Shown one piece after another: positions 44,034-52,676 of a stretch of 55,249 nucleotides of DNA; within the stretch, counting starts at the first letter, position 1, and each line of letters opens with the position of its first letter. The translations under genes were made by a program, and so were the position numbers. The stretch is taken from contig JBBTQD010000007.1 of the NCBI GenBank assembly GCA_038065855.1, positions 1 to 55,249 of the forward strand. The letters run 5' to 3'. The notes under the pieces are model-generated. The model was given only the letters and a program-made list of their open reading frames with translations. It was not told the origin of the DNA and searched no databases. The stretch is from Patescibacteria group bacterium (lineage in GTDB: Bacteria > Patescibacteriota > Minisyncoccia > 2-02-FULL-40-12).

Positions 44034-45456
44034 TGTCTAATCTTTCCATTACAGTTTTTTTATCTAATACGTTTAATATATCAATGGGATCAGGCGATGC
44101 TTCTTTGCCCGTCAGGCTAACCCTTAGTGGCCAATAGACCACTCCCCTATCGCCTGGGAAATTTTCCTTAGCTAAATCATCAAGTTTTCTTCTGATATAG
44201 TCTTTGTCAAAAATTTCCCAATCAACCGGTTCAAACGCCTCTTTAGTCAAAATCAATGATCTTTTAATTTCATCGGCCGGCGTACTTTTCCAATTAAGCA
44301 GTCCCCTGTCGTATTCCGGCTCTCTGAAAAAATAATCAAAATTTCTTACATCAGAAAGTTTTTCTATTCTTTCGGTCATCAGATGCTGGATTTTATCCAA
44401 AAAGTCTTCTTTTATCATGCTTACTCCCAACTCTTTAATGATGAACGGCGTAATCGCCGCTCTGAATTGTTCGGCCGGCAGCTGGTGGATATAATAGCCG
44501 TTCATCCAGTTTAATTTTTTGACATCAAAAACCGCCGGTGATTTCTGAATGTTTTTTAGATCAAATAAATTGACTAATTCGTCAATAAAATAAATATCTT
44601 CCGGTTTTTCCAGTTTATTCCTTTCTTTCGGTCTCCATCCAAGCAACGCCATAAAATTATTCATTGTTTCAGGTAAATAGCCTTGTTTTTTGTACTCACG
44701 GATTGATTCGGCGCCGTGTCTTTTAGAAAGCTTGGTCCGGTCCGGGCCTAAAATTAAAGGCAGGTGGGCGTACTGAAAAGAATTAAACCCAAGAGCTTCC
44801 TGAATTAATATCTGCTTCGGTGTGTTTGAAATATGATCCTCTCCTCTTATCACATGAGAAATTTTAGTCTCATAATCGTCGACCACGGCGGCGAAATTGT
44901 ATAAAGGCGTTTCTAAACTTTTAGCCAAGCTCAAATCCCCTATCAAGCGCTCCTGCCACTCAATCGTTCCCCGAATAAGATCATCAAAATGAATCACCCT
45001 CGTCGAATTTTCATTGACCAATAATCTAATAATCCCATTTTTGCCATTTGTCATTTTAATTTTGGGCTTGCCGTATTTATGCTGACAAACATGGCGCGGC
45101 GCTTCTTTGCGTTTTATCTGCTCTTCATTTTCTTTTTTTAATTCTTCCTTTGTATGACAGCACCAAAACGCTTTTCCTTCATCCAAAAGTTTTTGGAGAT
45201 ATTTTTTATATATTTGAATCCGATCGCTTTGCTTGTAAAACTCGTCCCATTCAAGGTCAAGCCATTGCAAAGATTCTTTTATATCTTCTTCAAATTTGGA
45301 ATCTGACCGCTCCAAGTCAGTATCTTCAATCCTCAAAATAAAAGACCCGCCGTTTTTTCGGGCAAAAAACCAATTGAATAACGCCGTGCGCGCGGTACCT
45401 ATATGAAGTGGCCCGGTAGGACTTGGCGCAATTCTGACTCGAATTTGGTTAGACAT
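44008..45456 (-). CDS. gltX: glutamyl-tRNA synthetase
   Basis: RIAPSPTGPLHIGTARTALFNW (HIGH region) and KLSKRHG (KMSKS region). Confidence 0.9.
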   Translation of the reverse strand: MSNQIRVRIAPSPTGPLHIGTARTALFNWFFARKNGGSFILRIEDTDLERSDSKFEEDIKESLQWLDLEWDEFYKQSDRIQIYKKYLQKLLDEGKAFWCCHTKEELKKENEEQIKRKEAPRHVCQHKYGKPKIKMTNGKNGIIRLLVNENSTRVIHFDDLIRGTIEWQERLIGDLSLAKSLETPLYNFAAVVDDYETKISHVIRGEDHISNTPKQILIQEALGFNSFQYAHLPLILGPDRTKLSKRHGAESIREYKKQGYLPETMNNFMALLGWRPKERNKLEKPEDIYFIDELVNLFDLKNIQKSPAVFDVKKLNWMNGYYIHQLPAEQFRAAITPFIIKELGVSMIKEDFLDKIQHLMTERIEKLSDVRNFDYFFREPEYDRGLLNWKSTPADEIKRSLILTKEAFEPVDWEIFDKDYIRRKLDDLAKENFPGDRGVVYWPLRVSLTGKEASPDPIDILNVLDKKTVMERLDNALAKFKI

Positions 45457-45485
45457 AATCCATATATTATACTATTTTTGAGATA

Positions 45486-46196
45486 ATGAGAATATCGGCT
45501 GGCTTGACTAAAATCGGAAAAGAACTGGCCAAAATCAGGAAAAAAAAGCCGGAGCGCGGAATTCACGGTCCAATCCACGCTTTGGCTAAAGAAATCTCCG
45601 AATACGCCGGGGAACCTAAAAAATTCGCGATGTATCTGGGCATAATTAAAAACATCGGTCTTAGAAAAGCTTACAAAGTGTTTTCAGAAATAAAACAGAA
45701 CAAAAAAATCAAATCGCCGGGCAAACTATTTGTCTTTCAATCAACTTACAAAAAAATGGAAATTGTTAAATCGCCGGCTGAAATATTAGCTAAAAAACTG
45801 GCAGATGTTGACCTAATTACGCCTTATCTAAAAAAGGTTGTTTTAAATATGAAAAAGATGATGAAAGAGGCCAGCGGCATCGGCTTGGCGGCAAACCAGA
45901 TCAATTTGAATATGCAGCTATTCGTAATAGATGAAGAACTGGCCAAAGAATATAATGCCCCGAGTGTTTATATAAATCCAGAAATAAAACCGTATTCAAA
46001 AGATTTTGAAGAATTCGAGGAGGGCTGTTTGAGTATTCCCGAAACTTGGCTTAAAATCAAAAGGCCGAAAAAAGTGAAAGTTAAGACAACGGATGAAAAC
46101 GGAAAAAAATTCAAGTTTATCGCCAAAAGAATGCTAGCCCGGGTCTTACAGCATGAATATGACCATCTGCAAGGAATCCTTATCACAGATAAATGA
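45486..46196 (+). CDS. def: peptide deformylase with about 90 aa in-frame N-terminal extension
   Basis: Deformylase motifs GIGLAANQI, EGCLSIP and HEYDHLQG all lie after residue 91 (internal ATG at 45756, MEIVKSPAEIL). Residues 1-90 are basic and unrecognised. Confidence 0.75.
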   Translation: MRISAGLTKIGKELAKIRKKKPERGIHGPIHALAKEISEYAGEPKKFAMYLGIIKNIGLRKAYKVFSEIKQNKKIKSPGKLFVFQSTYKKMEIVKSPAEILAKKLADVDLITPYLKKVVLNMKKMMKEASGIGLAANQINLNMQLFVIDEELAKEYNAPSVYINPEIKPYSKDFEEFEEGCLSIPETWLKIKRPKKVKVKTTDENGKKFKFIAKRMLARVLQHEYDHLQGILITDK

Positions 46197-47038
46197 ATTT
46201 AGTATTCTTCGGTTCATCGCCATTTTCTAAAATTATTTTAGAAAAACTTGTAAAAGCAGGGTATTCCCCCATCGCTGGAGATTTGAGACGCGAGAATTAT
46301 TTTGAAGAATTCAAAAAACTGAATACCGATATCTGCATTGTCGCTGCTTACGGAAAAATTATTCCAAAAGAATATCTGGAAGTGCCAAAATCCGGCTTTT
46401 TGAACGTCCATCCTTCGCTTCTTCCGAAATACCGCGGCTCCTCCCCTATCCAGGCCGCAATTTTAAACAGCGAAAAAGAAACCGGCGTGACAATTATAAA
46501 AATGGACGAGCAAATTGACCATGGAGAAATAGTTTCCAGTATAAAGCATAAAATATCTGGCAAAGAAAATTATAAATCTTTAGAAAAAAAATTAGCTGAT
46601 TTGGGCGCTGAATTACTTATTAAAACCTTGCCTAAATGGATTAAAGGAGAAATTGAACCAAAGAAACAAAATCATAGCGAAACCACTTACACCAAAAAAT
46701 TTTCATGGCTTGACGGAAAAATTGATTGGACTAAGGCAGCCCGAGAAATCGACCGGCAGATCCGGGCCTTAAATCCGGAACCCGGCGTTTGGACTAATTG
46801 GGATGGAAAAATTATAAAGATTTTAGAGGCGTTGCCGATTCCAGAAAAAAATGATAATTTGAAAACTGGCCAGGTATTTGTAACTGAAAATAAAAAAGCC
46901 GCAATCAAATGCGGTTTTCAAACTGCTTTATTGATAAAAATAATTCAGCTTGAAGGCAAAAAGCAAGTGGATGTAAAAGATTTTTTAAACGGCCACAAAA
47001 ATTTTATTGGTTCAATTCTTTATGCTGGGGATGAATAA
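46193..47038 (+). CDS. fmt: methionyl-tRNA formyltransferase
   Basis: HPSLLPKYRGSSPIQ motif. ATGA overlap with def. C-terminal tRNA-binding domain. Confidence 0.85.
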   Translation: MNLVFFGSSPFSKIILEKLVKAGYSPIAGDLRRENYFEEFKKLNTDICIVAAYGKIIPKEYLEVPKSGFLNVHPSLLPKYRGSSPIQAAILNSEKETGVTIIKMDEQIDHGEIVSSIKHKISGKENYKSLEKKLADLGAELLIKTLPKWIKGEIEPKKQNHSETTYTKKFSWLDGKIDWTKAAREIDRQIRALNPEPGVWTNWDGKIIKILEALPIPEKNDNLKTGQVFVTENKKAAIKCGFQTALLIKIIQLEGKKQVDVKDFLNGHKNFIGSILYAGDE

Positions 47039-47591
47039 TCTGAAAACCGGAACTTTTTTCATTTTGGAGGGCCAGCCCTACGAGGTTTTGTATTCCCAGC
47101 ATTTAAAGATGCAGCAGCGCCGGCCGGTGATGCAGACCAGAATAAAAAACCTTTTAACCGGAAAAATGATTGAAAAAAATTTTCAGCAGTCCGATTATTT
47201 TGAAGAAGCCGACATCCAAAAAAAAGAAGTCAAGTTTTTATACTCCCACCGGGAAGAATTTTGGTTCTCAGAAATAAATGACTCCTCAAAACGATTCAAA
47301 CTCGGCAAGGAAATCATCGGTGAATCAGCCGGATTTTTAAAACCTAACACAATTATTGCCTCCCTCCTTTTTAACGATAAGATTATCAATATAGATTTGC
47401 CGGTGAAAATTGATTTTAAAGTCATTGAAGCTCCGCCCTCTGTCCGTGGCAACACCGCCCAAGGCGGAACTAAGCAAGTCAAACTGGAAACCGGCGCTCT
47501 AATCAACGCTCCTCTTTTCATCGAAGAGGGAGACATAATTAGAGTGAATACACAGACCGGTGAATACGCTGAACGGGTAGAAAAGAAATAA
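47031..47591 (+). CDS. efp: elongation factor P (non-canonical loop tip)
   Basis: MNNLKTGTFFILEGQPYEV ... three OB/KOW-like domains ... GDIIRVNTQTGEY. Start chosen at the ATG at 47031 (track start 47007 overlaps fmt). Confidence 0.85.
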   Translation: MNNLKTGTFFILEGQPYEVLYSQHLKMQQRRPVMQTRIKNLLTGKMIEKNFQQSDYFEEADIQKKEVKFLYSHREEFWFSEINDSSKRFKLGKEIIGESAGFLKPNTIIASLLFNDKIINIDLPVKIDFKVIEAPPSVRGNTAQGGTKQVKLETGALINAPLFIEEGDIIRVNTQTGEYAERVEKK

Positions 47592-47614
47592 TATTTATAG
47601 TAGAATTTTAATTA

Positions 47615-47848
47615 ATGACCATAAGGAAACTGCGGATAATCGAATTCGTAATTATCGGGCTGATTGCCAATAGTTTGGATAATATAATAGCTATTAAATT
47701 TGCGGCTGGAGTTCAATTAACCCCGGCGGTTCTGGCAAGAATATTTTTATTTGTTGTTCCCTTCGCGATTTTAAGCGAATTAATCGTCGACCACCCCAAT
47801 TTCTGGAAGAAAATTATGAAATTCCTGAAAATTGAAATCCAAAAATGA
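47615..47848 (+). CDS. small two-TM membrane protein, hypothetical
   Basis: 77 aa and hydrophobic. ATGA overlap with the downstream NRAMP-family gene suggests co-translation. Confidence 0.35.
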   Translation: MTIRKLRIIEFVIIGLIANSLDNIIAIKFAAGVQLTPAVLARIFLFVVPFAILSELIVDHPNFWKKIMKFLKIEIQK

Positions 47849-49101
47849 ACTTTTTTAAAGCAATCAAAAAATTCTGGCGCTATCTCGGCGCCGGATTGAT
47901 TTCGGGAGCTTCTGACGATGACCCGGCGGCTATCACCACCTACGCCATTGCCGGAACTCGGCTTGGCTTTTCTTCGTTATGGACCGCTTTTTTCACTTTT
48001 CCTTTGATGACCGCAGTCCAGGAAATGTCGGCCCGGATAGGCATAATCACTAAAATGGGTCTGGCCGGAGTTTTAAAAAAATATTACTCCCGGTGGCTTC
48101 TTGGCCTGATTGTGACGATAATGGCTTCCACTAATATCTTGAATATCGGAGCTGATCTTTCTGGAATGAGCGCGGCCACCAATCTTATAATCCCCGTAGT
48201 GTCACCCAGAGTATTTGATATCGTTTATGCTTTAATAATAATTTTTTTGATAATCTTTTTGGATTTTAAAAAAATGATAAAATATTTTAAATGGCTGGCC
48301 TTAAGCCTTTTTTTCTACGTGGCGGCGGCTTTCATGATATCCCATAATTGGTCCGAAATTTTTAGAAAAATCGTTTTCCCGGCTTTGTTTTTAAACCGGG
48401 AAACAATTTCCATAATCATAGCCATATTTGGCACCACCTTGGCGCCTTATATGTTTTTTTGGCAGACCAGCCAGGAAGCTTTTGAAGAAAAAAAGCATTA
48501 CCATAACCACGATCTTCGCAACGATAAAAAACTTGAAAAAGAAATCAGGCATATGGTTGGCGACGTCACCTTCGGAATGTTTTTTTCAAACCTGATTAAG
48601 TTTTTCATAATGATACTGGCAGCGACCTTGTTTTTCGGCTCCAACATTAAAATTCAAACTATAGACGAAATCTCCCAGCTTTTAAAACCGCTTCTCGGCG
48701 ATTTGGGCCAGCTGGTTTTCACGCTTGGAATCGTCGGCACCGGATTTTTGGTTATCCCGATACTGGCCGCTGGCTCGGCTTATATTCTTTCGGAGGCTTT
48801 CGATTGGCGGAGCGGACTTGATAAAGATTTTAAAAAAGCGAAGGGATTTTATTTGGTAATTATAGCCTCAACCGCCCTGGCTATGCTTTTAAACTACTTT
48901 GGTTTTAATCCGGTCCAGCTCTTATTCTACACCGCTTTTTTTCATGGCTTGGTTCTGCCTCCCTTGATATTGACCATTCTTCTGATTTCAAACAACAAAA
49001 AAATCATGGGCGCATACACCAACGGAAAGTTTTCGAATATCCTTGGCTATATCGCTTTATTTTTTATGAGCACGGCAGTTGTTGTTTTCTTCACTATTTA
49101 A
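47845..49101 (+). CDS. NRAMP-family divalent metal cation transporter
   Basis: N-terminal GAGLISGASDDDPAAITTYAIAG and about 11 TM helices. Overall NRAMP/MntH-like layout. Confidence 0.65.
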   Translation: MNFFKAIKKFWRYLGAGLISGASDDDPAAITTYAIAGTRLGFSSLWTAFFTFPLMTAVQEMSARIGIITKMGLAGVLKKYYSRWLLGLIVTIMASTNILNIGADLSGMSAATNLIIPVVSPRVFDIVYALIIIFLIIFLDFKKMIKYFKWLALSLFFYVAAAFMISHNWSEIFRKIVFPALFLNRETISIIIAIFGTTLAPYMFFWQTSQEAFEEKKHYHNHDLRNDKKLEKEIRHMVGDVTFGMFFSNLIKFFIMILAATLFFGSNIKIQTIDEISQLLKPLLGDLGQLVFTLGIVGTGFLVIPILAAGSAYILSEAFDWRSGLDKDFKKAKGFYLVIIASTALAMLLNYFGFNPVQLLFYTAFFHGLVLPPLILTILLISNNKKIMGAYTNGKFSNILGYIALFFMSTAVVVFFTI

Positions 49102-49102
49102 T

Positions 49103-50515
49103 ATGCGCTTGCTCAACACTTTAACCAACCAAAAAGAAGAATTTAAGCCTTTGAAAAATAGACAGGTCGGCATTTTTGTCTGCGGACCGACAGTTTATGA
49201 TTACTCTCACATCGGCCACGCCCGGACTTATGTTATTTTTGACGCCATTGCCAAATACTTAAAGTACAAAGGCTATAAAGTTAAGTTCGTAATGAACATA
49301 ACTGACATAGACGATAAAATTATTGACCGGGCAAAAGAAGAAGGGAAAACCTGGAAAGAAGTGGCTGAATTTTACGAAAAGGAATTTATGAACGATATTG
49401 AAAATTTAAGCATTGACAGCGTAGATGAATTTGCCCGGGCGACCGAGCATATCCCGCAAATCATAAAACAAATTAAAGCTCTCATTGAAAAAGATTATGC
49501 CTATCAAACCGAAGACGGTATTTATTTCGATATTTCAAGATTTGGCGATTATGGAAAATTGGCTAAAAGAACGATTGAACAGGCTGAAGATGCGATTTCA
49601 AGAATAGACGAGTCGGTAAAAAAGAAAAATAAGGGCGATTTTGCTTTATGGCGCTTCTCAAAGCCTGATGAGCCTTCTTGGCCCAGTCCCTGGCTAGCCG
49701 GCCGGCCGGGCTGGCATATTGAAGATACGGCCATCTCCGAAAAATACTTAGGCCAGCAATATGACATTCATTGCGGGGCTCAAGATTTGATTTTCCCCCA
49801 TCATGAAGCCGAAATCGCCCAGCAAGAAGCCGTGTCAGGCAGAAAGCCGTTTGTAAAATACTGGCTTCACTCCGGATTTGTCACTATAAACGGCCGGAAA
49901 ATGTCAAAATCGCTTAAAAATTTTATAACTATCCGTGATATTCTTAAAAAATATTCGGCTGAAGCTTTGAGGTTTATGGTTATTTCAAGCCATTACCGCT
50001 CCCCTATCGATTACAAGGACGATTTAATAAAACAATCAGAGGCGGCGATTCAACGATTTCACGAATTGATAAATAAATTAAAACTTCTAAAAAAATCGGG
50101 TCCAAAAAATGAAATTGTAGAGATAGACGAAATTATCAAAAACACACGGCAGGAACTCGAAGCTAAAATGGATGATGATTTCAACACTCCCGAAGCCTTA
50201 GCGGTTTTGTTCAATTTCATAAGAATTATCAATACGTTTATCGGCGATAATTATTTGAACAGAAAATCGGCTATTCAGGTTTTAAAGTTTTTGAAAGAAA
50301 TAGACCAAATTTTCGGCATCCTTCCTCAAAAAGAATCTGGCATACCCGAAGAAATTTTTGAACTGGTTCAAAAACGAGAAGATTTAAGAAAACAAAAAGT
50401 CTGGCTGGAAGCTGACCAAATCAGAGAAAAGGTCAAAAATTATGGCTACTTAGTAGAAGACACCCCATACGGACCCTTAATTACTCCACAGTCTATCCCC
50501 TTCATTAGTAATTAG
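49103..50515 (+). CDS. cysS: cysteinyl-tRNA synthetase
   Basis: CGPTVYDYSHIGHARTYV (HIGH), GWHIEDTA and KMSKSL motifs. Start placed at the ATG at 49103 (MRLLNTLT). Confidence 0.9.
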   Translation: MRLLNTLTNQKEEFKPLKNRQVGIFVCGPTVYDYSHIGHARTYVIFDAIAKYLKYKGYKVKFVMNITDIDDKIIDRAKEEGKTWKEVAEFYEKEFMNDIENLSIDSVDEFARATEHIPQIIKQIKALIEKDYAYQTEDGIYFDISRFGDYGKLAKRTIEQAEDAISRIDESVKKKNKGDFALWRFSKPDEPSWPSPWLAGRPGWHIEDTAISEKYLGQQYDIHCGAQDLIFPHHEAEIAQQEAVSGRKPFVKYWLHSGFVTINGRKMSKSLKNFITIRDILKKYSAEALRFMVISSHYRSPIDYKDDLIKQSEAAIQRFHELINKLKLLKKSGPKNEIVEIDEIIKNTRQELEAKMDDDFNTPEALAVLFNFIRIINTFIGDNYLNRKSAIQVLKFLKEIDQIFGILPQKESGIPEEIFELVQKREDLRKQKVWLEADQIREKVKNYGYLVEDTPYGPLITPQSIPFISN

Positions 50516-50538
50516 TTATTAGTTATTAGTTATTAGTG
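50504..50538 (+). repeat. heptanucleotide tandem repeat (ATTAGTT-like x5) across the cysS stop and dnaB start
   Basis: ATTAGTA ATTAGTT ATTAGTT ATTAGTT ATTAGTG. Contains the cysS TAG stop (50513-50515) and the dnaB GTG (50536). Confidence 0.9.
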
Positions 50539-51888
50539 AATATGGCTCATCTGCCAGACAAGCTTCCACCCCAAAATCTTGAAGCCGAGAAATCTGTTTT
50601 GGGTTCTGTTTTAATCGATAAAAACTCAATTGAAAAAGTGATCGATGTTTTAATGTCCGATGATTTTTACGGCCGGCAAAATCAGCTGATTTACAAAGCG
50701 ATGGCCGGCCTTTTGGAAAAAAACGAACCAATAGATATTTTGACTGTTTCAAACAAGCTTGAAGAAAGCGGCGAGCTTGAAAACGCCGGCGGAGCGTCTT
50801 ATCTTACTTCTCTTTTAAGCGCCACTCCGACTTCGGCCCACGTCTTAAATTACGCAAAAATAATCCGGCGCAAAAAAATTTTGAGGGACTTAATCGATTC
50901 GGCCCATAAAATTCTCGGACTCGGCTACCAGGAAGACGAAAGTATCGAAAAAATCCTGGATCAGGCCGAACAAAGTCTTTTCGCAGTTTCCCAGCGCTCT
51001 TTAACCCAGGAATTCATCGCTTTGAAAGAAGAACTCCAAGAAGCTTTTGAACGGCTGGAAAGGCTCCATCAAGGCGACGGCGCCTTACGCGGCCTTTCAA
51101 CTGGCTTTGTTGACCTAGACAACATGCTGGCCGGGCTTCAACGCTCGGATCTGGTGATTCTTGGAGCAAGGCCCTCGCTTGGAAAAACATCTCTGGCTTT
51201 GGATATGGCCAGGAATATCGCCAAAAAAGAAAATGTCGGCGTTGGGGTGTTTAGTCTGGAAATGTCCAAAGATCAGGTGATAGACAGGATTTTATCGGCT
51301 GAAGCCGGGGTGAGCCTCTGGAAATTAAGAACCGGCCATTTGTCGAGCTCCGGCGACTTCAATGATTTTTCAAAAATTTCTCTGGCTTTGGACAGCTTGT
51401 CCAAAGCTCCGATTTTCATAGATGACGCGCCCTCGCCCACGGTTTTGCAAATCAGAGCCATGGCAAGACGCCTAAAAGCCAAAAACGAACTCGGGCTTTT
51501 GGTGATTGATTATCTCCAGCTAGTCCAACCCAGAAGCGACATTGACGGCTATGTCCAGCAGGTGACGGATGTAGCTAATTCCTTGAAAGCTTTGGCTCGC
51601 GAGCTGAATATTCCGATAATCGCAGTTTCGCAGTTATCTCGGGCAGTTGAAGCAAGGCCAGACCAGAGGCCTCGGCTTTCGGATTTAAGAGAGTCAGGCG
51701 GGATTGAACAGGCCGCTGATTTAGTGATGTTCATCCACCGGGAAGATAAAGTAAGGCACCACGATTCAGACAGAAAAAATATCGCCGAAATTATTATTGC
51801 CAAACACAGAAACGGCCCTACCGGCGCGATTGAACTTTATTTCGACGAAGAAGAAGTGAGTTTTAAGAACTTGGCGAAAAACATTTAA
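50536..51888 (+). CDS. dnaB: replicative DNA helicase DnaB
   Basis: PPQNLEAEKSVLGSVL N-domain, Walker A GARPSLGKTS, IDYLQL, and SQLSRAVE ... RPRLSDLRESGGIEQAADL. Confidence 0.9.
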   Translation: MNMAHLPDKLPPQNLEAEKSVLGSVLIDKNSIEKVIDVLMSDDFYGRQNQLIYKAMAGLLEKNEPIDILTVSNKLEESGELENAGGASYLTSLLSATPTSAHVLNYAKIIRRKKILRDLIDSAHKILGLGYQEDESIEKILDQAEQSLFAVSQRSLTQEFIALKEELQEAFERLERLHQGDGALRGLSTGFVDLDNMLAGLQRSDLVILGARPSLGKTSLALDMARNIAKKENVGVGVFSLEMSKDQVIDRILSAEAGVSLWKLRTGHLSSSGDFNDFSKISLALDSLSKAPIFIDDAPSPTVLQIRAMARRLKAKNELGLLVIDYLQLVQPRSDIDGYVQQVTDVANSLKALARELNIPIIAVSQLSRAVEARPDQRPRLSDLRESGGIEQAADLVMFIHREDKVRHHDSDRKNIAEIIIAKHRNGPTGAIELYFDEEEVSFKNLAKNI

Positions 51889-52049
51889 AAAAAGCCCTGA
51901 AACTGGCGGACCTTCTCCAAAGGATAAATGGCGACTCTTTTTGCGGCGAGCTCATCTTTGAGCTGAAACGCCCCTATTAGGAGCCTGAAGTTTTGGGCAA
52001 TACGCCCTACCCACGAAACCTCCGACGGCGTAACCACTAATCCAATCAT
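51885..52049 (-). CDS. candidate small ORF (54 aa), hypothetical
   Basis: Not in the track (under 60 aa). ATG preceded by AAGGAGG 4 nt upstream. Translation is MIGLVVTPSEVSWVGRIAQNFRLLIGAFQLKDELAAKRVAIYPLEKVRQFQGFF. G/C-richer than its surroundings. The stop overlaps the dnaB stop convergently. Confidence 0.3.
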   Translation of the reverse strand: MIGLVVTPSEVSWVGRIAQNFRLLIGAFQLKDELAAKRVAIYPLEKVRQFQGFF

Positions 52050-52139
52050 ACTGCCTCCTTCTGTTTAAAGGACATCACTCTTACTATTTCTAATATAAAC
52101 AGTAAAACAAAAAAACACAAGAGCCTATAAATCTGAGGG

Positions 52140-52169
52140 TTATTTGTCTGCGAGTCTTGAGAGAAGAAA
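52140..52169 (+). repeat. dispersed intergenic repeat, copy C (30-nt exact core)
   Basis: TTATTTGTCTGCGAGTCTTGAGAGAAGAAA is identical to 4121..4150 and to the reverse complement of 14524..14553. Degenerate similarity to copy B continues to about 52193. Confidence 0.9.
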
Positions 52170-52217
52170 TTGCTATACAGAGCCGCTTTCCTGGATTGAC
52201 TATAGCCTCGCGGAGTT

Positions 52218-52547
52218 CTATGAGATGCTTAAAATCTCAACTTCGGTAAAGGATTGACGATGGCCTTTTTTCTTTTTGTACCTCGTTTTATTTTTGTACC
52301 GAAAAACAATTTTTTTCTCTCCCCTGCCCTCTTTTAAAACTTTAGCTCTGACTTTGACGCCGTCAACCAAAGGCTGGCCGATTTTTACTTCTTCTCCGTT
52401 CAGACGTTCAGTGTCCTTTACAAAAAGCAAAACTTTGTCAAATTCAAATTCCTCGCCTTCGTTTTGGTTAATCTTCTCAATTTTTAATTTTTGACCTTCG
52501 GAAACAATATACTGCTTGCCTCCGGTTTTGATAACTGCAATTGTCAT
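52218..52547 (-). CDS. rplU: 50S ribosomal protein L21
   Basis: MTIAVIKTGGKQYIVSEGQKLKIEKI ... FRYKNKTRYKKKKGHRQ. Confidence 0.9.
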   Translation of the reverse strand: MTIAVIKTGGKQYIVSEGQKLKIEKINQNEGEEFEFDKVLLFVKDTERLNGEEVKIGQPLVDGVKVRAKVLKEGRGEKKIVFRYKNKTRYKKKKGHRQSFTEVEILSIS

Positions 52548-52552
52548 GGTTT

Positions 52553-52630
52553 TGGTACCGCCAACCGGATTTGAACCGGTGTTCCCGCGTTGAGAACGCG
52601 ATGTCCTAGACCGGGCTAGACGATGGCGGC
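52553..52630 (-). tRNA. tRNA-Glu (anticodon CTC), CCA encoded
   Basis: Manual cloverleaf on the minus strand. Acceptor GCCGCCA/TGGCGGT. D arm TCGTCTAGCCCGGTCTAGGAC is typical of tRNA-Glu. Anticodon arm TCGCG-TTCTCAA-CGCGG. T arm ACCGG-TTCAAAT-CCGGT. Discriminator A, followed by CCA. Confidence 0.85.
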
Positions 52631-52633
52631 AAT

Positions 52634-52660
52634 AAAAACTCCGAATTTCTCGGAGTTTTT
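52634..52660 (-). terminator. rho-independent (bidirectional-type) terminator after the surface-protein gene
   Basis: AAAAACTCCGA-ATTTC-TCGGAGTTTTT. A 7-bp core stem flanked by A and T tracts, 17 nt after the stop of the large minus-strand ORF. Confidence 0.7.
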
Positions 52661-52676
52661 ATCATAGCAGATTTTT

